DNA of 64,000 nucleotides, from the NCBI GenBank assembly GCA_036747295.1, contig DAIOCN010000016.1:210-64209 (forward strand). Direction: 5' to 3'. Source of the stretch: Candidatus Dormiibacterota bacterium. Its GTDB lineage: Bacteria > Chloroflexota > Dormibacteria > Dormibacterales > Dormibacteraceae. A program made the position numbers and the translations under genes. Below, one piece after another: positions 8,795-15,826 of this stretch (the stretch's first letter is position 1; every line of letters begins with the position of its first letter). Under the pieces are notes generated by a model, which had not been told where the DNA came from, searched no databases, and was given only the letters and a program-made list of their open reading frames with translations.

Positions 8795-9766
8795 CTACGT
8801 GCCGGGGGTTGCGAGCATGACCCAGGTGGCGCCGGCATCATCCGTTCGCTGCAGCGAGCCACGAACCGTCGCATAGCCCACCGAGGCGTCCGCGAACGCG
8901 ATCTCTGGCCGTACGGGTGCCGCCTGCGAATAGCTCATCGCCCAGGGCTGCCAGGTGTGGCCGGCATCGTCGGTGGCGACGCCGTCCCGGCCTGGCGACG
9001 AAACCCAGCGCATCGCCGTCACGAGGGCCCCGATCGGGGTTCCGTTCGGCCCGGCTCCGATGTGCGGCCAGGTCGTCCCGCCGTCGAGCGAGCGGAACAC
9101 CTCCGACCCGACGGCCACCAGCAGCTCAGCGCCGGCTACGAGCACCGGTCCCGCGACCGCGGCCTGGCCCGCCGAAGCCGGGACCGGAGCAGAGCGCGAC
9201 CACGTGGCACCGCCGTCCGCCGTCCGGTAGACGACCGGCGCCTGGCCGGCCCGAATGCCTGTCACAAATGCCCGCTGTCCGTTCACGAGGGTGAGCCCGG
9301 TGAGCACCTCTCCCGATTGGAGGTCGCTGAGCGTGCGCGCCACCTGCCAGGACGCTGCGCCGTCGGTCGTCCGCCAGAGCGTGACGGCCGTCGGACCGTC
9401 ATGCGACTCGACCCAGCCAACGGTCTCCGAGATGAAGCTCACGTCCACGATGCTCCCGTCCGGCAGCGACCGCAGCGCCCAGGTCGCGCCACGATCCCTG
9501 GAAAAAAAGAGGTAGCGGGCGTTGGCCAGCGCCCACACCATGTCGTGGGAGGGAGCGCTCACCCGCAGCGATCCTGGCAGCTGCACCAGGGGCGTCCCGG
9601 TGGGCGCCGGAGTCGGGGCCGGCGGCAGGGGCGAACCCGCGATGGGGGATGCCGACGCCGCTCCCGGCGACGCGGTGCGGGGCGACGGTGCCCCGCCGGG
9701 CGTACACCCCAGCAGCATCAACGCCGCTGCCGCTGTCCAGCACCACGTCATCGATGGTCGGCACAT
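8795..9766 (-). CDS. Secreted lipoprotein, BNR/Asp-box (Ycf48-like) beta-propeller
   Basis: Signal peptide with lipobox (MCRPSMTWCWTAAAALMLLGC). Repeated Asp-box-like turns: SRDRGATW, TTDGAASW, TADGGATW, SLDGGTTW, TDDAGHTW, TDDAGATW. Start chosen at ATG 9766 rather than 9832. Confidence 0.75.
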   Translation of the reverse strand: MCRPSMTWCWTAAAALMLLGCTPGGAPSPRTASPGAASASPIAGSPLPPAPTPAPTGTPLVQLPGSLRVSAPSHDMVWALANARYLFFSRDRGATWALRSLPDGSIVDVSFISETVGWVESHDGPTAVTLWRTTDGAASWQVARTLSDLQSGEVLTGLTLVNGQRAFVTGIRAGQAPVVYRTADGGATWSRSAPVPASAGQAAVAGPVLVAGAELLVAVGSEVFRSLDGGTTWPHIGAGPNGTPIGALVTAMRWVSSPGRDGVATDDAGHTWQPWAMSYSQAAPVRPEIAFADASVGYATVRGSLQRTDDAGATWVMLATPGT

Positions 9767-9907
9767 ACTCTGCGCGGCACCCGCCCAGCCATGACCTTCA
9801 ACACTGACGCATTCCAGCGCTTCGAGCAGCAAGCCTGGCAGCGCACGGCGCGAGGCGGGATGGGGGTTAGCGCCCGGCCGAGTCGCTGATCGGCCTGCGG
9901 TTAGGCT

Positions 9908-11986
9908 GTGAGTTTGGCCGCCTTCCGTCGGCCAGTGTTCGGGGGCTGCAGCACGTCTACGCGCGGACCGCTTGAGTTGGAGCGACTACAAAGGGCGATC
10001 GACCTGCCTCGGAGCGTCCGGCTTGTCCTCCTGAGCTTTCTGATGCTCTTCCTGGAGTTGGCGCTCATTCGGTGGACGGGTTCCAAGATCCTCTACCTGT
10101 CCTACTTCTCGAACTTCGTGCTGCTGGCGAGCTTCCTCGGCATCGGCGCCGGCTTCCTCCGCGCCCGCTCGGCGCGCAACCTTTTCCAGCTGGCGCCGGT
10201 GCTGCTGGCGGTCCTGGTCGCGTTCGTCCTCGTCTTCCCGGTCCAGATCGAGCGCTCGGGCAACGAGCTCATCTTTTTCGGCGCCCTCCAACAGAGCCGC
10301 AGCGGGCTTCCGATCTGGATCACGCTGCCGGCCATCTTCGTGGTGGTAGCGGCCGTGATGATGACGGTCGGCGAGGGCGTGGGCCGAGCCTTCGTCGAGT
10401 TCGAGCCGCTGCAGGCCTACCGGCTCGACATCATCGGCAGCATCGCCGGCATCGCCGCGTTCTCGCTGCTCTCGTTCGACGGGGCGCCCCCTGTCGCGTG
10501 GGCCCTGATCGTGGGCGTCCTGATCGTGCTCCTGCTCCTGCCGACAGTCAGGCCCTTCCAGCTCGTTTCAGTGGCCGCCCTGGTGCTCATGCTCGGGATC
10601 GAATCCGTATCGCCGCTGGAATCCTGGTCGCCCTACTACCGAATCACCCTCAGCCCGCAAGCCAGCGGCGCCATCTCCATCTCCGTCAACGGCATCCCGC
10701 ATCAAACGATCGAGACCGTCGAGCAGCGCCGGGCCTCGGTGCCGCTCTACTTCCTGCCCTACTCGCGCCTGGCGGCGCGGCCCGGTGACGTGCTGATCGT
10801 GGGCGCCGGCACCGGTACCGATGTGGCGATCGCACTGGCTCAGGGTGTCCAGCACGTGGACGCGGTCGAGATCGATCCTTCGCTCCACGACATCGGCGTC
10901 AAGCTGCATCCCGACCACCCCTACCAGGACCCACGCGTCACGACCTACATCGACGACGGGCGCGCCTTTCTGCAGCAGACCGACCACACCTACGACCTCA
11001 TCCTCTTCGCCCTGCCCGATTCCTTGACCCTGGTGGCGGGGCAGTCCTCCCTTCGACTCGAGAGCTACCTGTTCACGGTCGAGGCGATGCGGCAGGCGCG
11101 CACGCACCTGAAGCCGGGTGGTGTCTTCAGCGAGTACAACTACTACCGCGAGCAGTGGCTCATCGACCGCCTGGCCGCCACCCTTCAGTCGGTCTACGGC
11201 CACGCGCCGTGCCTGGATTCGACGGGCCGGACCGGGAAGCTGGCGCTCCTGAGCGCAAGCGTTGATCCCGCCTCGATCACCTGCCCTGCGACCTGGGACC
11301 CCGGAACCCGGGTGGTGCCGGCGGCGGCGACGGATGACTACCCGTTCCTCTACCTGCAACAGCGGGGCGTCCCTGGCCTCTACCTGGTCACGCTGGTCCT
11401 GATCGTGCTCGCGGCACTGGCGCTGGTGCGCGTGGCGAGCGGCCCGCTGAGAGGCATGGCAGCCCATGCCGACCTCTTCTTCATGGGCGTCGCCTTCCTG
11501 CTCCTCGAGACGAAGAACGTGGTGCAGTTCGCGCTGTTGTTCGGCACCACCTGGTTCGTCAACGCCCTGGTTTTCACCGGCATCCTGCTGGCCGTGCTGG
11601 CTGCTGTGACTGTGGCGGAGCACCTGCGTCTCAAGAGCGTGTGGCAGCTCTACGGCCTGCTGCTCGTGGCCATCGCCGTGGCCTGGCTGGTGCCACCCGA
11701 GTGGCTCTTGAGGTTGTCGCTGCTCCCGCGTTTCCTCGCGGCCAGCGCCATCGCCTTCGTCCCCATTTTCATCGCCAACCTGGTATTCGCCCAACGATTC
11801 AGGGGCGTCGGCTCCTCGAATGTCGCCTTCGGGGCCAACCTGCTCGGAGCGATGATCGGTGGCGTGCTGGAATACGGCGCCCTGGCGATCGGCTACCGCG
11901 CGCTGCTACCGGTCATCGCCGGTCTCTACATCGTCGCTCTGTTGCTGTGGCTGAGGGCTCAGCCGCAAGCCCGAGTTCAATCCTGA
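9908..11986 (+). CDS. Polytopic membrane protein fused to a spermidine synthase-like (aminopropyltransferase-fold) domain
   Basis: Multiple TM segments on both sides of a class-I methyltransferase-fold core: VLIVGAGTGTDVAIALAQGVQHVDAVEIDPSL...DLILFALPD. Confidence 0.75.
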   Translation: MSLAAFRRPVFGGCSTSTRGPLELERLQRAIDLPRSVRLVLLSFLMLFLELALIRWTGSKILYLSYFSNFVLLASFLGIGAGFLRARSARNLFQLAPVLLAVLVAFVLVFPVQIERSGNELIFFGALQQSRSGLPIWITLPAIFVVVAAVMMTVGEGVGRAFVEFEPLQAYRLDIIGSIAGIAAFSLLSFDGAPPVAWALIVGVLIVLLLLPTVRPFQLVSVAALVLMLGIESVSPLESWSPYYRITLSPQASGAISISVNGIPHQTIETVEQRRASVPLYFLPYSRLAARPGDVLIVGAGTGTDVAIALAQGVQHVDAVEIDPSLHDIGVKLHPDHPYQDPRVTTYIDDGRAFLQQTDHTYDLILFALPDSLTLVAGQSSLRLESYLFTVEAMRQARTHLKPGGVFSEYNYYREQWLIDRLAATLQSVYGHAPCLDSTGRTGKLALLSASVDPASITCPATWDPGTRVVPAAATDDYPFLYLQQRGVPGLYLVTLVLIVLAALALVRVASGPLRGMAAHADLFFMGVAFLLLETKNVVQFALLFGTTWFVNALVFTGILLAVLAAVTVAEHLRLKSVWQLYGLLLVAIAVAWLVPPEWLLRLSLLPRFLAASAIAFVPIFIANLVFAQRFRGVGSSNVAFGANLLGAMIGGVLEYGALAIGYRALLPVIAGLYIVALLLWLRAQPQARVQS

Positions 11987-12007
11987 CTTGCAGGCCCTGC
12001 ATTCCGC

Positions 12008-12751
12008 TCAAGCGCTCCGAGGCGCGGTGAGCGCCTGGTAGAAGGCCTCCGCCAGCGCTCCCGCGCCGAGGGTGCTGGGGTGGAACCCGTCGCTGCTCAG
12101 GTATTCGGGGTGCTGGGAAACCGTCAGCCCGGCGCCGGCGAGGTCAACGACCACGGCACCGTGTGCCGATGCCACCCGCTGGATGGCCGCGTTGTAAGCG
12201 GCGACCAGCGACCGCACCTCGCTGAGCGGCGGGATTCGCACGCCCTGGAGCGGGCAGCGCGGTGATCCCCGCTCGCAAGCCGCGGCCGCGGGCAGCTCAT
12301 CGATGGGAGGTGTGCTGGCGATCGCCACCCTCGTTCGGCCGCCGGCGCTCAAGGCGGCCACGATCCCGTCCAGCCGCTGCCCGAAGTCGGCGGCGGGGAC
12401 GCCGGCCACCAGGTCATCGACGTTGAAGAACACGGTGGCCAAATCGGCGTGGAGGCCCGCGGCCACCGGGAGCTCGTCGGTGAGCGCTGCGGCGGTCGTC
12501 TCGGAGGGGATGCCCAGGTTGTAGAGCGTGAGGTCGTGGCTGGCGCTGAATCGGCCCAGCAGCTGCTGAGGAAAGGCGTCGCGGCCTGGCTGTTGGGTGC
12601 CGGTGCCGAACGTCTCGCTGGCGCCGACGGCTACATAGACCAGCGGCGGCAGCACCCGAGCCGGGGGCGCCGTCGAGGCGGGGGTGGGCACGCCGGCCGC
12701 GCACGCGCAGATGACCGGCGCCAGCAGCAACACCAGCGCGCGCCTGATCAC
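12008..12751 (-). CDS. SGNH/GDSL-family hydrolase, secreted (probable lipoprotein)
   Basis: Signal peptide. Block I YVAVGASETFGTG and block V SSDGFHPS. Confidence 0.75.
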   Translation of the reverse strand: MIRRALVLLLAPVICACAAGVPTPASTAPPARVLPPLVYVAVGASETFGTGTQQPGRDAFPQQLLGRFSASHDLTLYNLGIPSETTAAALTDELPVAAGLHADLATVFFNVDDLVAGVPAADFGQRLDGIVAALSAGGRTRVAIASTPPIDELPAAAACERGSPRCPLQGVRIPPLSEVRSLVAAYNAAIQRVASAHGAVVVDLAGAGLTVSQHPEYLSSDGFHPSTLGAGALAEAFYQALTAPRSA

Positions 12752-14070
12752 AGCGCCCCGATCGCCTCCCGGGCCGGCAGCCGCGCCGCCTGGAGCGCGG
12801 GCACGGCGCCGGCCAGCATCGCCAGCATGGCCGTGCCCACTGGTGCGATGACCGCCAGCGAAACCGGGACCTGGGTCAGGTCGACTCCCTGCAGGCCCTG
12901 GGCGGCCAGGTAGGAGTTGACCTGGAGGCCGATCGTCCAGGCCACGGCCAGGCCGGCCAGCGTTCCCACAACGCCGCCCGCCACGCCGAGCACCGCGGCT
13001 TCGAACAGGAACCAGGCGAGGATGTCGCTGTCGTCGGCGCCGATCGCCTTGAGCACCCCGATCTCGCGCCAGCGCTCGCGGACGGCGGCCAGCAGCGAGT
13101 TGGCGATCCCCAGCACGGCGATGCTGACAGCCACCAGCCCGATCCCGAACAGGACGATGTCGACGACGTGCAGGTAGCGCAGGACCGACGCCACCAGGTG
13201 CTCGGGGGCCGAGGAGGCGTAGCCGAGGCTGAAGATCTCCTCGCGCACGGCGTGGACGTGGTCCAGCCCGTCCGCCACCACCACCAGGGCGCTGAAGCCG
13301 GAGGTTATCCCCGGCAGCACCCTGGGGTCGGGGTCCCCGGTGAGCGCGAAAGCGCGCGCCGCCTGGGCCTGGTCCATGGGGACCAGGAAGTCGCCATCCT
13401 GGATCGACTGGCTGACGACGCCCACCACCATCGCGCCGATCCAGCGCCCCTGCAGGTGGTCGGCCGCGCCGGTGACACGCGGCGTGCCGAAGTCGACGAA
13501 GGTGCCCAGCACTGAGACCCCGCGTTCCGGCCCGACCAGGATGCGGTCCAGGTAGGACTGGGTGACGGCCACCTCGTTCATCGAGTGCGCTCCCGGCAGC
13601 CGCCCGAACAGGACGGTGACGGGCAGCCCGCTCCCCTGGGTCAGGTCGGCGCCCACCAGCGCCGAGTTGTAAGGCTGGGGGTCGTTCTGACAGCCGGGTC
13701 CGGCGGCGTGCTCGACCGGGCAGGGCACCGCCAGGGTCGGGATCGCCAGCACGGTGGCCACCCCCGAGACGTAGGGCGAGCTGCGGATCGCCTGCACGGT
13801 GCCGAGGTCGATGTCGTGGTGGCCGCTGGTGTGCAGGTAGTCGCTCTGCAGCGCGTCCGCGCTGGGGCGCGAGTCGTCGACGTGGATGGCGGCCAGCGGC
13901 CCGCCCTTGCTGAGCTGGCTCACGACCCGGCTGTCAGCGGTGGCGGCGATCGCCACCAGGGCCACCAGCAGCGCGCTGCCGAGGGCCACCGCCAGGCCGG
14001 CGAGCAGGCTGCGGCCTCCGCGCCGGCGCAGATTGCGCATGGCCAGCGTGGAGATGTCGAACGGGCTCAC
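12748..14070 (-). CDS. ABC transporter permease, FtsX/MacB-like
   Basis: N-terminus AMRNLRRRGGRSLLAGLAVALGSALLV, a large periplasmic loop, and a C-terminal 3-TM FtsX domain. Its start overlaps the stop of the ATPase gene. Confidence 0.85.
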   Translation of the reverse strand: MSPFDISTLAMRNLRRRGGRSLLAGLAVALGSALLVALVAIAATADSRVVSQLSKGGPLAAIHVDDSRPSADALQSDYLHTSGHHDIDLGTVQAIRSSPYVSGVATVLAIPTLAVPCPVEHAAGPGCQNDPQPYNSALVGADLTQGSGLPVTVLFGRLPGAHSMNEVAVTQSYLDRILVGPERGVSVLGTFVDFGTPRVTGAADHLQGRWIGAMVVGVVSQSIQDGDFLVPMDQAQAARAFALTGDPDPRVLPGITSGFSALVVVADGLDHVHAVREEIFSLGYASSAPEHLVASVLRYLHVVDIVLFGIGLVAVSIAVLGIANSLLAAVRERWREIGVLKAIGADDSDILAWFLFEAAVLGVAGGVVGTLAGLAVAWTIGLQVNSYLAAQGLQGVDLTQVPVSLAVIAPVGTAMLAMLAGAVPALQAARLPAREAIGAL

Positions 14071-14792
14071 GGGGTCTGCTCCGCGCGGCCTCGGGTGAGG
14101 ATGATCCGGCGGTCCGCGCGGGCCGCCACCTCATGCTCGTGGGTGACCACGACCAGAGTGCAGCCGGCCGCGGCGCGGGCGCGGTCGAGTGCTTCCAGCA
14201 CCTGGGCGGCGGTGTCGTCGTCCAGGTTGCCGGTTGGCTCGTCGGCCAGCAGGAGCCGGGGCTGGTTGGCGAGGGCGCGCGCGATCGCAACCCGCTGCCG
14301 CTCGCCGCCGCTGAGGGCACCGGGCAGGTTGCCACGGCGATCCGCCAGGCCCATCTGGTCGAGCAGCTCCAGTCCTCGCCGGCGCTGCTCGGCGCGCGGG
14401 CGGCCGGCCACGGCCATGGCCAGCTCGACGTTCTCGAGGGCGGAGAGCGAGTCCAGCAGCCCGAAGTGCTGGAACACGAAGCCGATCGTCCGCCGCCGGT
14501 ACTCGGCCAGCTGGCGGCGGCCCATGCGCTCGAGAGGCTCGCCGTCGACGCGGACGCTGCCCGTCTGCACCGGTTCCAGGCCGCCGAGCAGCGAGAGCAG
14601 CGTGCTCTTGCCGGCCCCCGAGCGACCCATCACGGCAACGTGCGCTCCGCCGGGGATCCGCAGGTCGATCCCGGTCAGCACCGTCGTCGCTCCGTAGGCG
14701 TGGTGCAGCCCGGCGATCTCGACCTCGGCGCCGGCCACGGTCGGGGCGGTTGGGGGTTCCTCGAGCAGCGCGACGGCCCTGCCGGCCATCAC
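14067..14792 (-). CDS. ABC transporter ATP-binding protein (MacB/LolD type)
   Basis: Walker A GRSGAGKSTLL, signature LSGGERQRVAIARAL, Walker B LLLADEPTGNLD. Confidence 0.9.
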   Translation of the reverse strand: MMAGRAVALLEEPPTAPTVAGAEVEIAGLHHAYGATTVLTGIDLRIPGGAHVAVMGRSGAGKSTLLSLLGGLEPVQTGSVRVDGEPLERMGRRQLAEYRRRTIGFVFQHFGLLDSLSALENVELAMAVAGRPRAEQRRRGLELLDQMGLADRRGNLPGALSGGERQRVAIARALANQPRLLLADEPTGNLDDDTAAQVLEALDRARAAAGCTLVVVTHEHEVAARADRRIILTRGRAEQTP

Positions 14793-14901
14793 TCGAGGTT
14801 ATCGGGGACCGAAAGCCGGGGTCGCGATTGATCGTCGGCAACGCGATCTCTCAGCCGATTCTCAAGGCCGCTTCAGGCCTGGGCCGCACAGTGCGTCTCA
14901 C

Positions 14902-15429
14902 GTGGTCCCTGGGCTCCTCTCAATCGCAACCCGCGCGGCCGGCCTCGTCAGCGCCGTGGCGCTGATCGCCGGCTGCGGGGCAACCACCACGGCCACCGCC
15001 GGCGCCGGCCCTTCTACAGCCACCTCCCCCCGGACGGTGTGCACGGCGCCGAGCCCGCGACCCTCTGGCGGCGGCGGGTTCCAGAGGCCGGTGGCGAGCG
15101 GAACTGTGACCAGTGTCGGCAGCGGTTCGCTGACGGTGCTGGACCGGACGTCCGGCGGCCCGGTGCAGGTGACCTTCGACTCATCGACAAAGATCCAGAG
15201 CGGAGGCCAGCCTGGCAGCGCATCCGATGTCCAGACCGGGGTCGCGGTCTCCGTGCAGGGCCAGAGGCAGGCCGACGGCAGCGTGCAGGCCACCTCGATC
15301 ACGGTGCGCCCGGCTGGGGCAGGTGCACCTGGGGCCGGCGCACCTGGGGCCGGTGCCTCACCCGGGGCTGGTCCCTCGCCCCGTCCAGGCGGTCGCCGCG
15401 GTTGCCCGAGCCCAGCCACCGCGAACTAG
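14902..15429 (+). CDS. Lipoprotein, DUF5666-like
   Basis: Lipobox ALIAGC. GTVTSVGSGSLTVLD...VQVTFDSSTKIQ...VSVQG pattern. C-terminal GAGAP low-complexity repeat. Confidence 0.6.
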   Translation: MVPGLLSIATRAAGLVSAVALIAGCGATTTATAGAGPSTATSPRTVCTAPSPRPSGGGGFQRPVASGTVTSVGSGSLTVLDRTSGGPVQVTFDSSTKIQSGGQPGSASDVQTGVAVSVQGQRQADGSVQATSITVRPAGAGAPGAGAPGAGASPGAGPSPRPGGRRGCPSPATAN

Positions 15430-15447
15430 GCCGCCCGATCGACAGGT

Positions 15448-15816
15448 AGCGCCGTATCGATGGCGGGACCACGCCGATTCGATCAGCCGCGGACTCTGGC
15501 ATAGCGCTCCGCGGACATAGCCTCCAAACCAGTGGAACTGTGACTTCGAAACCACTGCGGGGCCCGCCGCGACCGCATCGACTCCACCGGCAAGGTCACG
15601 CTTCGCTATCTCAGCCGGCTTCGACATATCCCGGTCGGCGCAGTTCACCGCAACCGCAAGGTCCTGCTTCTAGTAGCTGGCGCCGACGTTAGTGTCGTCA
15701 CCACCGACGGGACACTCATTCGGCACCTCACACTCGACCCGAATCGAAGCTACCAGCCCCTCGGCGGCCGCTGGCCTGTGCACAATGTCCCGCGACGACT
15801 GTCAACGATGTCCTGA
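15448..15816 (+). mobile_element. Degenerate C-terminal remnant of an rve-type (IS481-like) transposase; no start codon and an internal stop
   Basis: My translation of 15544-15816 gives LRNHCGARRDRIDSTGKVTLRYLSRLRHIPVGAVHRNRKVLLLVAGADVSVVTTDGTLIRHLTLDPNRSYQPLGGRWPVHNVPRRLSTMS*. This matches the conserved C-terminal tail of actinobacterial IS481-family transposases. The frame is closed by TGA just upstream, and no DDE core is present. Confidence 0.6.
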
Positions 15817-15826
15817 GACATGAGAG

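Noticed and set aside
8681-9889. 402-aa + ORF
   Set aside because: It starts inside the hairpin repeat, is extremely Arg-rich, and is antisense to the Asp-box lipoprotein gene.
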